From Stylophora pistillata (taxonomy: Eukaryota): DNA of 64,000 bases. Of this stretch, positions 38,518 through 51,300 are shown in pieces (the stretch's first letter is position 1; each line of letters begins with the position of its first letter). The notes under the pieces were generated by a model that saw nothing but the letters and a program-made list of their open reading frames with translations, had not been told where the DNA came from and did no database searches. The DNA lies in assembly GCF_002571385.2 (NCBI RefSeq), contig NW_019217819.1:44273-108272 (forward strand), given 5' to 3'. The position numbers were made by a program, and so were the translations under genes.

Positions 38518-40521
38518 CAATCATAGCTTGCAAACCCTAACCCTATCGTGCCAAAAACTCATGGCTAGTCTATATAATTTAATTGTAAATAGCTTAGAAC
38601 TTAAAACATCTCATCATTGTCATCCTTTTTGTTAGCTTTTTTATTGTTAATACTTTTGTAAATATTACACTCAGCTCGCCTTCACTGCAATCTTGTAATA
38701 TCGTTTTTGAAATAAACATTATTATAGCTTGAAGAAGAATAGCTTTCCAGTCTATGCAAAGTTAGCTACTGTTCCCTATATCTTGTATGGCGGGTAGTAG
38801 AAACGTTCTACAAACTCAAACCCACATTTGTAGATGAGATGTAACAAGAAAGAGCTTTTGACCCCCCTACAGTATTCCCAACTATTTCAATACTGAGCCC
38901 TCCCTCCGCCATAAATAATGAAGGCTCCGTGAGGTTATTTTAACTTTGTTCTCCCCGAATCGGATCCTCTTTCCTGGAAATCGTCACAAAATTTCTGAGG
39001 AAAATATTCGCCGCTCAATTTGAGCAGCGAAAATTATAACGGTCAACTAACAAAGGCAACAAGGTGGAAATTTTGAATCAGCGTAGGAGCCCGTTGTTGT
39101 TGTCACGCATGTCACGCAATATCAAGGAGGAAAACTGGTGTTTTTGAGAAATAGAGAATAGCCATTCAGCAGCCTAAGTATTCCTTGTGTCTCTTGACCA
39201 ACGCAGAGGGAAACTCGTCATACGCATGAAAAATTGAATATTGTGATGTTGCTCTCCAGATGACCAACGAAGCAAGCGGAGGAGACGATTTATGGAAGAT
39301 TCATTTCTCATTTACTGGATCCAATACAAGTGCTCTCCAAAGAAGTAACGGAAACCCTTCGAATATTTACTTCTGGGAGAGTACTTCAATGGAGGAATTT
39401 TTTTTACATTTACATTTTTAAAAAAGTATTCCTCTGGAAAGACATCGAAACTTTACGAAGCATTGTACCGGATCCAGAAGAAATTAATACGATTGTAAAA
39501 CAGACAGGAACAGCTCTTGAAAAGTCGTCATAAATATGAGGGCCCGAGAAAGTCGAACTATTAAAAGAAATTAGGAAAATCCCAGATGTGAAATATAATG
39601 CTATCGAAGGAAAATGTTTTACGGTGGAGCTAATTCGAATAACGGATCAAATTGACCCAGACCATAGTTTGAGGCGCTTGTCAAGAGATTTGCGAACTTA
39701 CCCTAAACTTTAACTAAGACTATCACCCGGCAGTCTGAAAGTAAAGAGAAGCAATCAACACCAGGAACGAAAACGAAATTAAGGAAAGTTTCAAATGGGA
39801 AATTTTGAAAATGAGACTAAGAACTACTTATTTTCCAAAAGAACCCTGGAGAACCGAGGAAAAGCAAAAGGCTAAAAAAGAGCTACAAGGGAATGGAAAT
39901 TGCTCTATTTAGATAGATGTCGACTCTGACTTTTTCACCCCAGGTCGTGGAAAATGAGCTTCGGACAATTAATGTCCACGATAGAGAACAATATTCGGTA
40001 ATACACGATTCGTTCTTAGAGAAACCGACCGTTTGTTGTTGTTGAGAAAACAGAGACAACCAGGGTGGCAACAGAAGTGGCGGATGTAGGTGATACGGAT
40101 GTTTGCGTGACATAGAGCTATCAAGCGGAAAAGGGTCACGCGATCATCTTGTATCCGAAAAACAGAAACTGAAAAAGAGCCCCACGAGTAAAAAAAAAAA
40201 TGAATTGTAGCAAGAGCTGTAAAAATGGGACTCTTGCTGACGCTGTTGCAACCGATAAAGTTACTGACACTGAAGAAAATCCAAATAGACATCATGTTGA
40301 GTTGGATGTAGCTATCAGAAAGGAGACAAAAGAATGGTGCGGTGGGGAAACCTTTTTGACGCAAGAAAGTTCGCCAAAATTTGGAATGGTCACAGAACAG
40401 GATAACAGAAAAAACCTGGTGACAAACTGCACCAAAGGTACAATCATCCTAATAACCATAGTGATAATGATAATGACAATGATGATTTTGCAAATTTGTG
40501 CAACAAAAAGTCAAGTGAATC

Positions 40522-41060
40522 AAGATATAAATGTCCTCATTCATGACAGTGATGAGGAATCTGCTTCTGATGAGAATGATTACTCGATTGCATCAAAAAA
40601 TCAAGCAAATTTAGAAATAAATGTCTTTTCTCTGACAGTGAGGAATCAGAAAGTGACAGAAATAATCGTACACATAATAGCCAGAAACAATCAAGTAAAG
40701 TTAAATGTAAACGTGTCAGAACTTATAATGGTGATGAGGTGTCTGAGGGTGACATTAAGGTGTATTTTGCTTTATCAACAAACATAAAAGATATAAATGT
40801 GTCTTTACTGATGAGAGTGATGAGGAATGTGGTAGTGACAAGAATGATTATTCAATTCATTGCATCAAAAGATCAAGCAAATTTAGAAATACATGTGTTC
40901 TCTCTGACAGGGAGGAATCAGATGGTGGCAGAGATTATCATACACATAATAGCAAAAAACAATCAAGTAAGGTTAGAGATAAACATGGTAGAACTTATGA
41001 CAGTGATGCGAGGTGTCTGATGGTGACATAAATGCACTTTCTTAACAAAAAATTAAGTAA
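40522..41060 (+). repeat. Diverged ~266-bp tandem duplication built of ~85-bp sub-repeats; frameshifted coding relic
   Basis: AAGATATAAATGT...GTGATGAGGAAT...TTGCATCAAAA.ATCAAGCAAATTTAGAAATA occurs at ~40522 and ~40788. The sub-repeats encode KKSSKFRNKCLFSDSEESESD-like units. Confidence 0.75.
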
Positions 41061-41474
41061 ATTTGGGTCAAAACATACCTACATTTAATTTGAAAGTAAT
41101 GAATGTGTGAAAGACTTATACTGTACATGTCTACCTTTACACAGTATGCTTAAGTCTGATAGATATTTTAAGTTACAGCAAAAATATCTTACGAGTAAAG
41201 ATAGAAATATGCCTGACAAAAAGAAATATGCCTGCAAAGATAGATAATACAATGAATTTAAACATGGACAGGGGTGGAACTCAGATGGAAAATGTTTACG
41301 AATCAGAGGGGGAAATATTAGATAATTCATAGTCTGAAAGAATGCATTGCAAAAAGAAAAAGCACACTTATAAAAACAGTAATGACTTCATAAAAAGTAT
41401 TTCTTAATTTATATCACAATCCTTGGCTTTCACTGAAAATCTTTACATTTTAGATTAAATCCTTTTGACACAAT

Positions 41475-41920
41475 ATATATGCGTTATTATCCAAGCTTGT
41501 GCAGTCAAGAGAGTTAGACGTTAGCCTCAATCTTTTTTTCGCATTTTAATGGACTGAGACAAAGTTGAGCTACATAAAAAGGGTTTATTATATTGCAAAA
41601 AGATTCACTTTTTGAGAATCAAGAATGACTTCTTTACTTTGAGAGGCAGGAAAGAAAGCCAACTGTTTTTATAGCACAATAAAATCACAGGAGTCATTCA
41701 TGTTTCCTTTGTCTTGACTGTCTTCTGCCACTTTTTGTGTCTGAATTGCTGACATAGTCCAAGAATTACAAATTATAAAATTAAATTAAATTTTTTTTTA
41801 AGAGCAGGATTGTAGTGGGCAATTCTGAACAGGCAAGATGGACCCATCTTGCCCACTTGGGTAGCCAATCAAAAAACAAGATTCGCTTCTTATTGCCCAA
41901 GGGCACTGCCAACGATAAAA
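41475..41920. repeat. Degenerate non-autonomous interspersed repeat
   Basis: A GGCAAGATGG.CCCATCTTGCC hairpin followed by GGGTAGCCAATCA. It resembles an abundant coral repeat family (from recollection, unverified). Confidence 0.45.
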
Positions 41921-43902
41921 TATGTTGAAATACTTTTAAAGAAGTTTGAGCTGCCTCTCTTTTTGACCAAAACAGACTTCAGCTGTTTTTGTAATGGAAG
42001 AACTGTTAGCATTTTCACTGATCAGTTTTATCATGCAGTTCATTTCCTCTGCTTAGAACCTGTGAGTGGTATGGAGAATTCAAGAACAAGCCACTGATTA
42101 AGTTTTTATTTAAACACATGGTACGTCCCTTTGGTAGATTGACATTGCAACAGGAGGTGCAACATCTACCTATAGTCAACATTTAAGATATGTCCACAGA
42201 ACCAACTGATAAACTTCAAAGAGGCCAACTTTTACTCATTGCCACTAACAAGTGGTTTATTCCTGGCCCATTTAAGTACTCTGTTAGCCAGTCATACACT
42301 ATATTTATTTAGTAGTGTCAAAAGAGAATTGAGGATGTTTTTTTTTTTTTCTTGTCTATTATCCAAAACTTTTTTCTTCAAAGTTGTCTTGTTTTCTGCA
42401 GGACACAATGAACCAATACTCCCAACTCCAGTTCAAATATAAAGGACCAAGAGTCACCAGATAGAAGTCCATCCAATTTAAAATTTTAAGCTGTTTCCTG
42501 AAACATTATCGATATCTTGACAGACAATCCCCCCTTTCCACTATAACCACAGTTAAAGCTGTATGGAATTGTCAGTCCACTTTCACAAGTTAACAAATTG
42601 CCTTTTTCAGCCCCATTCACTGTTCCTTGTCATGACCTTGATCTTCAGCGTAGGGTGCACTGTTAAAGTGAATCAGAATCAAGCCCATGATAATGAAGGA
42701 TGTACCTAACCACCATCTCATGGACAGCATCTTGCCAAACAACAAGAAACCAAGCAGTGCCATTTATTCCTGTAAGAGACAAACCCTGCATCAGTGTTTG
42801 GAGACTCAACTTACGTTCAAATTATTGACTCCCACACTCCCTGTTGGTCTGAGTGAAGCTGCACTGAGTCCAAATCCTCAATGATGCTCCCAATCTAATA
42901 AAAGTTATCCCCTGCCACACCAATCTTGCACAACACAACAAACAAACAAGACAGGGAATATAATGGTTGGGCATCTTTAATGAGGAAACAAAATATCCCT
43001 GGGGGCTCAAGGAAAGTCTCTCCCTTCCTCTGGGGAAGGGAGGACACAGAAACAACTGGAACAGTCAAACAAACAATATGAAGTGATCATACTTCAACCA
43101 AATGTCAGTCAACAGCTTGCTAAGCACAGTATGTAGGCCTTGGGCTAATTAAGTTATTCTCCTAGGAATATGAACCCCTGTACAGGCTGTGTTGGCCAAG
43201 AATCTTAATTCAAATATTGGTAATACTCATTCTTGAAACAAGCCTGCAAAGTAGCCTTGATATATTCATGAACCTATTCCATAACAGTTCTTCTTCTGCA
43301 GTTTTAAGGGGCTACTGCATGAATGATTAGCCAGGTTTGCCTGACTAGTTTGAAAATAAAAGGAGCCTGTAAACACAAAGTCAGTAACAACCTTGAAACC
43401 AACTCATCAGTAAGATGACATGCAGTTTCCTTAATATGTTAGCTGTTTATCAATCATACTAAATGTGGAGCTATGTAGGGATAAGAAAGTGTTGCTTGCT
43501 CTTTTGCTATTCTCTCCAAAACAAGAGCCATTACTAAATGGTTTCTGGTAAGGTCCAGATTTTTAGAGAAACCTTAAAGATCTAAGCCAGGGCCTTTCTA
43601 CCCAGAGCTTCATGATCTCTGCAGAAAGGTTGACGATTTTGAAAAGATCTTGACCATCTTTGAGACACTCCCAGTGTCTTGGTAAGATCATGTAGTCCCT
43701 CAGTTGGTGTAGAATAATCAAAAGACGACAATCCTTAACAATCTCAGTTAAGGTATACATTCACCTTGTCATGTCAGTCTTAAAAGTTTATTAAAAAAGA
43801 GGGGATCAACAACTTCAAGAAATTCAAATATATATTAAAAATGACCAAAGCCTTCTTCTAAAATGGACATTTATCTTATTTAAAGAGCTGGTTATTAGAA
43901 TT

Positions 43903-44048
43903 NNNNNNNNNNNNNNNNNNNNNNNNNNNNNNNNNNNNNNNNNNNNNNNNNNNNNNNNNNNNNNNNNNNNNNNNNNNNNNNNNNNNNNNNNNNNNNNNNN
44001 NNNNNNNNNNNNNNNNNNNNNNNNNNNNNNNNNNNNNNNNNNNNNNNN
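43903..44048. other. Assembly gap (N run)
   Basis: Run of N. Confidence 1.
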
Positions 44049-45373
44049 TAAATTATTATATTATGAAACAAACAATGAATTGCAGGTTTGTCATCTTTGC
44101 TTGCAATGGTCCTCAACAGTGATTGGCACAATTACTGTGCATCATTGCTCATTTCCTAAAATGTGATTGATTTATTTTGTTCAAATGACCTTGGTAATAG
44201 GAGTGGCAAAATTTAAAACAATCACACAGCTCTTTTAGGACAACAAGACAAATACTTACAGTACAAATAAAATTTGAGGCTGTGTTAGTAACTGTTGTTG
44301 TGCCTGAAGAAGAAGATGCTCTAAGATACTTCACATTCAAGGTCCACATCAATGCATAATCAGCATTGAACAAGAAAACCAGAAGAAATGAAGAAGCTTG
44401 TGCAAGATAAACCACCTAAAAATCAGTTGGATATTTTTTTCAGATAATGCAATCCTAGTTTCGTGACACTACTCATATAACTTTAACTAGTAACACTCGT
44501 AACACACTTAGAACACCTATTGGGTTTAGCCTTTTACACCCAAGCATTCGTATTCACCATCCCCATAATCACGAAATATGTTTTTCACAGTGCAGTTTCT
44601 CCACGAGACATCGAAGATATGTTACATCACGTAATTTAAAGTTCATATCGAGTGAAAATGGTAAAACTATATGGACTAAGCCTGTAGGGGACGGACTTTT
44701 ACTCTTAAAGCTAGCAAAGCGTACAGCACACACCTTCTTGAGTATTTCTGTTTTTCCAAACCATTACGGCCTCTTCTGTTGGAAGAATGATCGTGATCCA
44801 TGACACTAGATACTCCCTTCGAAGCGAAGATTACATTTCCGGTTTAAAAGCAATGGAAAGCATTGTTTCATGGAAATATCATCATAGCATCACGATTAAG
44901 CGCGCTAAATCGTCAGAGAAGTCTATCAGCCGTAATGTTTACCGTTTCTCAGAAAAGAAGGAAGGGTTCTAAGGAGCCGTCACTGTTGCAGAACGTGATG
45001 TGATTGGCCAATTTCAACATAGGCGTCTGGAAAGGGTCTGCTGGATTGATTAGAATGGAAGGGATTACCTCGATGGATTGACGGAATATTGGAAAAATAA
45101 AAACACTTAAACGAAACACAAAGTGTACAAATCGCGCAATATGTGAAGAAATATTTCTCGATTACGTCTTCATTAGACATACGAGTATCATTTTTTTTTT
45201 CACCGGACAGAAACCATATCATAATTGTTATTGGACTGTTTTGTGGGACGAGAATGAGCAGTCTATCAAAGCAGCCGCCAAGTTGAATAAATATAGTATT
45301 TCTATTGGTTTTGTTTGATATTGAAAAATTAATATCTCGTAAGCGATTCCAGTGAAGTAGCTTGTGGCCCTAG

Positions 45374-46073
45374 NNNNNNNNNNNNNNNNNNNNNNNNNNN
45401 NNNNNNNNNNNNNNNNNNNNNNNNNNNNNNNNNNNNNNNNNNNNNNNNNNNNNNNNNNNNNNNNNNNNNNNNNNNNNNNNNNNNNNNNNNNNNNNNNNNN
45501 NNNNNNNNNNNNNNNNNNNNNNNNNNNNNNNNNNNNNNNNNNNNNNNNNNNNNNNNNNNNNNNNNNNNNNNNNNNNNNNNNNNNNNNNNNNNNNNNNNNN
45601 NNNNNNNNNNNNNNNNNNNNNNNNNNNNNNNNNNNNNNNNNNNNNNNNNNNNNNNNNNNNNNNNNNNNNNNNNNNNNNNNNNNNNNNNNNNNNNNNNNNN
45701 NNNNNNNNNNNNNNNNNNNNNNNNNNNNNNNNNNNNNNNNNNNNNNNNNNNNNNNNNNNNNNNNNNNNNNNNNNNNNNNNNNNNNNNNNNNNNNNNNNNN
45801 NNNNNNNNNNNNNNNNNNNNNNNNNNNNNNNNNNNNNNNNNNNNNNNNNNNNNNNNNNNNNNNNNNNNNNNNNNNNNNNNNNNNNNNNNNNNNNNNNNNN
45901 NNNNNNNNNNNNNNNNNNNNNNNNNNNNNNNNNNNNNNNNNNNNNNNNNNNNNNNNNNNNNNNNNNNNNNNNNNNNNNNNNNNNNNNNNNNNNNNNNNNN
46001 NNNNNNNNNNNNNNNNNNNNNNNNNNNNNNNNNNNNNNNNNNNNNNNNNNNNNNNNNNNNNNNNNNNNNNNNN
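45374..46073. other. Assembly gap (N run)
   Basis: Run of N. Confidence 1.
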
Positions 46074-46299
46074 GTCATCGTCATCCTAAGGACGACCCTT
46101 TTTCAACTTCTTCGAGGAACCCCTAAGATTGAATAAGGAAATTAATTTGATCATTCTATTCAAATAACTTTCATTTTTTCAGTCCGCTTTTAATAATGTA
46201 AAGGTGTTCAATCCAAAAGTTCCAAAGTCATCTATTTCGTTCATTTCAAATGTATGTTTTATTAATGCTGTGAATAGGAATGGACCCGTGCTTGTGTCG

Positions 46300-46580
46300 C
46301 TCCGTTGTCCATTCCTTCCTTTCCAAAACGTTTTTCTTTGGAATATATTTATCTCACCATAAGTATACGAATTTCCGAGAATCATAGCAACAAGTTAATT
46401 ACTTGAGAAAGCAAACACCTTGAAGACCGCTACAGTATTGGAAACCTTTAAAATAATTCGTTTTACAAGAATCTAAACAGGTTTAGGATAAGACTAGCCC
46501 TCTCGGAAGTCAAATGCGTCAATGTGTTAAAGGTAAGGGAAGTATATTCGTCTTGAACTCCTCCGGCTTTACCGTTTAGC
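46300..46580 (+). promoter_or_regulatory. Copy D homologue of the promoter block
   Basis: CCGTTGTCCATTCC, TTCCGAGAA (46373-46381), GAGAAAGCAAACA, GGAAACCTTT, CGGAAGT and AGGTAAGGGAA occur in the same order as at 5280-5530. Confidence 0.65.
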
Positions 46581-48325
46581 TATGGGCTTGAGAATTTACA
46601 TGCAAGAAGACATTCATTTTCTCTGCGGCAGAGAAGGATCCACAAGCAGTGACTACGCTCAATTCTCACTGACCGGCAGTAACCATGGATCAACAAATTT
46701 CCCGGCTGAATGGGAAGTCATCCGTTAGGGAATTTCAGAATAGTTCTGTCTAAAATCTAGCTTCGTCTACTGCTTGTTAACCAAAAAGGCATCTGGTCTA
46801 ATACAAAGATGTCGCTTCGTCACAAATATTCTCCGCCTTGCTCTAACATAGACTGCAGCATTCAGCCTGAAAGCATTCCCCCACTGAACTCATCCAAGCA
46901 CGACTTTTTCGTTGCGCAACCAAAATGGCCATTTTAATCGCCTAATTCACAGAACATAGCTCATATTCTGAGCATTTTACACTTTTTCTCTATTGATATC
47001 GAGCTAGATCACCACATAGCCGCTTCTATTGCTCGTGTATGAGTATGTGTCGGTCCTTAGTTTTCAGCGGAAGCTAGCCGCACATGATGTTTCAATTTTT
47101 ATGTCGTCGATTGTTCTGGATCGTACCACTTTATTACAGACTCGGAATTTCAATAATGAACGAAGTGTCAGTCTTAGTGCCTGAACAGCAAACCCAATAT
47201 TTTCTTTCATCCGTACTCCAGAGCTACTCAAGCGACTTTCAAACGAGCGATCAAAAATGAATTGCACCTTGAAACAGAGACGGTAACATTTAAGCATGGC
47301 ATTATTCATAAATATGATGACGCGAAAGTAAATATAGTCTTGGAATTGAGCATACAATTTGCAGTTAAACCTACAACGTACAAACTGGGCTCGAACCCCC
47401 TCCTATTAGCACTGTTTGTTTAATCTTTTCAAACAATAAGTGCTGTTTCTCATCAATGTTTCTTTGAATGTTTGCAATTGTGAACATTTCATTGCGTTCA
47501 ACAGAGTAGATCTGGATTTAAAGATACTTTTCCAGGGGGATTTTGTTTCCAATTTTAGTCATAACGGTCTCTCGAATATGCCAGTGACATACGTTCCCAC
47601 ACAATATTTAGACGGAGTCTGAAATGTCAAACATTCTAATCTTGTTCATAGGTGGCTTGACACGCTTTGGGCGCGTTTAGTGCGTACGTATTATTTTTTA
47701 TTCTGGCCTCCCAAATTTTCGGCTATCTTTTGTAGCTATATTGTTTCCCTCTCGACTTCCACTTCTAAATAAGGTTGTGGTTAATTATAGACTGTGCATA
47801 TCACACAATTTTACTCCAACGTATTTCAGTTTCTTCCGACAAAAATAGCAAGAAAGAAAACAATGCGTATCAAGAAATGGTCTATTGTTCCGGCTCAATT
47901 TGATCACATCTGAACAGGTAGCCGAATTTTCCAAAAGTCCATCACTTCACATTTTCGTTTCTTGAACGATTCTAAGGTGGTTGCATATTTGTTCCGCTGT
48001 ATTACTCGGTAAGTGTTTGAATCCACCCACTCTAAACAAGGGGGGAAATTCAGACCCCAAAGCTGTGGCCAAAAAGCTCAGTGCCTCAGTGCTTTCCTCA
48101 GGAACCATACATTGCCNAAAATTTCATAAGATAATGTTCGTGTAAATCGCATACTTGCTCAGCCATTACAGAGGACGAATACAAATCTTTCACCAACGGA
48201 AGAGTGTTGGACTAGAGTTAAAATTCCAAAACGTGTACGGTAAAACCCTTTTGTTCAACCTGGCCATATTAGTCACGCACTTCTAAAAATAGCTGGTTGA
48301 CAATTAAATCTGTCCACACCTTTAG

Positions 48326-51300
48326 AATCGGAGGGAAAAAAAGGAAGGAAAGAGCCGGGAACAGAAGAACCTACTTCGTCTGAGCCAAAAGGAGGCGCAT
48401 GTGGAACGTGTGCTGATGAAGTAGGAGGTAAAGTAACGATAACAGGAAAATTCCTTGGTAGACTTAACGATACCGCAGTCCACTCATTTGAACTGATAGT
48501 TAGCTTACTTATGTGTTCATAGGGCAGGAAACCTTGAACTGCTTAGGAAGATGCTCCTTTTGTCTTGTATCCAAAGAGGATAATATTGAACCTTGTACCT
48601 TGAATCTTATTCACAAACACACCGCAACTTTTGCGTCATGCTCATGAATTTTCATTTGAGAAGAACTTTCAATCGGACAAATGATTGTATCTTTAGCTTT
48701 TTCAGTTGCATTGCGGGTCAAATATGGAGCTCCTTCCCCTTGGATGTTCGCTTTTTCCTTACATTAAATGTATGAGAACCTAGAGCATAGAGCCTTTTAA
48801 TATGAAAGCAACTATATTTTTTACAAATTATATCAATAACATGTAGTTTTACTTTTATTATCTTGTTCTTACATTTGTTAGATTACCTAAGGTTTCTTTA
48901 TCAACGGCTGTTTAAGATGATATTTTACAGTAAAATATCGATAGGAAAAAAATTCTTCGAACAATTCTATTACATTAGTGAAGGTGAATCTGTTCTCATT
49001 CTTTCCCCCTCTATTTTATCTATTATTTTTTTATTTTCTTATCGTATCGCATTTTCTAGATAACGAATGTTTGTAATTAGATTTAAGGAGACTGCCCCCC
49101 CTAGATTACGATAAGCCATACGCGGGCCATGACAATTGCCTCTGTGTAAATAAAAGTAGATTGTTGTTGTTGTTTTTGGTAAGGTCACAGGTGGATTAAT
49201 ATCTGTCTCGTATAGGGTTTGATTTTACCCCTTTACAGGTCATCCTTATGACTAGTTAGTTTTACATCACTTTCTCATTAATTTGTGCCATTAAGTGTAA
49301 TAAAGAAATGAATTAATCAATAAATAGACCGCTGTAGTTTAACTCTTGCTAGCTTTATTTCATTCAAATTTACCAATTTTCCATTTATTTGTTTATTTAT
49401 CGCTTTTATGATGGTGTGAGCATACCTGCTGATCTTATCAGCGGTTTGCCTCCAGGTTTAAAAAATGTTTTGAATTTCCTTTAATTATTTTTGTTCGGTT
49501 CAGCTTGGTTTTTGTTCGTTCAAGTGTGAGTCATCCAGGCATGAAGTTAGTTTTGTTTCTTGATTTCAGATGGCAATTCAAAGAGCACCGTCAAGCGAGA
49601 CCAGAGAGGTCGAATCAGAACAAAACATTGGAGAGACAAGAAAGAAGGATTAAAGGGTCCATTTCGCTGCAAAGAAGGGGCTGGCGAAGGTATGTTCATA
49701 TGTTTAATCAAACTGCTAGTTAAGACCTAGAAAGTTAAGACCTAGAAAGTTAAGACCTAGAAAGTTTAGCCCTTGACACGAATTTATTGCAAAAGCCAGG
49801 ACTTGATCATAGACCAGCCCTATTATTAAGCAAGTTAGATAAAAGTATTCAGCTAACTTTTGGACCATCAACATGTAACAATATGAATAAGTATCTAACA
49901 ATAGCTTGTTTGTTAAGAGAGGAAAATTTGAATTAGCATATCTGGGTGTTGACTACTGAATCTTGAATACGTTTTTGTAGACACCACCGCTCATCAAGGA
50001 GGGGCACGAAAGAAAACAGGATCTGGAAAGCAGTTTTCGTCTCCAATTGGAGCGACTGGTACGTCAATCGATACAATACTGCCAAAACATCCAAAAGGTA
50101 GGGGACTTATCGAAGATGTTTGGTCTGCATCTCACTGAATAAATCTCTTTAAAGGAAAAAAAAATAGTTTCGACGTTTCCTTTTGTCTTTGGACTGTCCG
50201 CGACGAAAAAGACATGATAAAATTACACAGACAAATTAATGGCAGCTGAAATCAGTGACTGTTTATTGCGTTTTCAACATCATTATGTGTGTTTACCTTC
50301 AGTACGTTTATACTATGAGAAATGTTAGACTAATGCCCAATACATTGATGAAATAAAAACCAACGGCTTTTTTCAGATCAAACTTTGAATAATCAACAAA
50401 AGAAAAGTCAAAGCGGACGCGAAAGAGGCACTTCTAAAGAACATCAGGCGGAGTCATCGCATAGGAAAGGGAAACGTTCAGGTGAATATATCGAAGATTT
50501 TAAAATGGGATCGCATGTGTGAAAGACATTTTCGATAAGACAATAGCAAATGGCTTAAGTTTGAAATTCCCAATTATTGACAAATTATAATGTGACTTGA
50601 GCTTACGGAGGTCGTAAGGAGGGTAAACCTTGTTTACTTCTTTAACCGTATTTCTTACACCTGAATTCAAAAGTTTTGTGAGGATAAAACCATATGAACT
50701 CCAAAGAAAAATATATTTACAACGTGACGTTTGTTAAGTAACATTTTCCACTTCAATGAACCGTTTGAAGAGTACTTATTCCAAAGAATGAAAGGAATTA
50801 AGTTTGGATGGTCTGAGGAAAAAGCCTACTGTTCTTAAGTTCGCGAGGATTGTCATGATAATTCTTCCATTCCACTACATTTTGCACGCTACATAACACA
50901 GTTTTCGACCGTGATAGTCGCTTTGCTACAGGAAACATGTGAATCAAGCAAGATCGATGTACATGAAATTTCTGGCTTCGGTCTTGAGCATTTTAAGAGG
51001 AAATTGATGTTATTTTCAGTCGATAAATATTACAAATGCTAGTCTAAAACATAAACAAGTTGAATTTCACCGCAATTAAGTTACGAAAAACTACGAAAGG
51101 TTTATTCAAATTGCTAGGTATGACCCTTACCTTAATCTTGCAAACAGAGTCATGCTTAAAACTCACTCCTTGCAATACAGATAGAAACCAAGCACAACAA
51201 CAATGGAGACCACAATCCATGAAAAGCGATCCCTGCTTAGTACCAAATCCTACAACACAGTCACATCTACGTGGAATGTTCCCCGGAAAATGTTTTTCAC

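Noticed and set aside
43895-46089. Poly-X ORFs
   Set aside because: Artefacts of N gaps.
47911-47913. TGA as selenocysteine
   Set aside because: No SECIS was identified, and there is no aligned Cys in the paralogues.
46725-48055. NF-kB-like sites GGGAATTTCA and GGGGAAATTC
   Set aside because: Imperfect matches that are not seen in the homologous blocks of B or C.
49716-49901. LGLNF-repeat ORF and possible CRISPR-like array
   Set aside because: It is a simple 15-bp tandem repeat without spacers. There are no cas genes and the DNA is eukaryotic.
8200-51062. ORF-track starts at 8200, 28709 and 51060
   Set aside because: These are GTG/TTG codons near splice acceptors in a eukaryotic gene. The real starts are in upstream exons.
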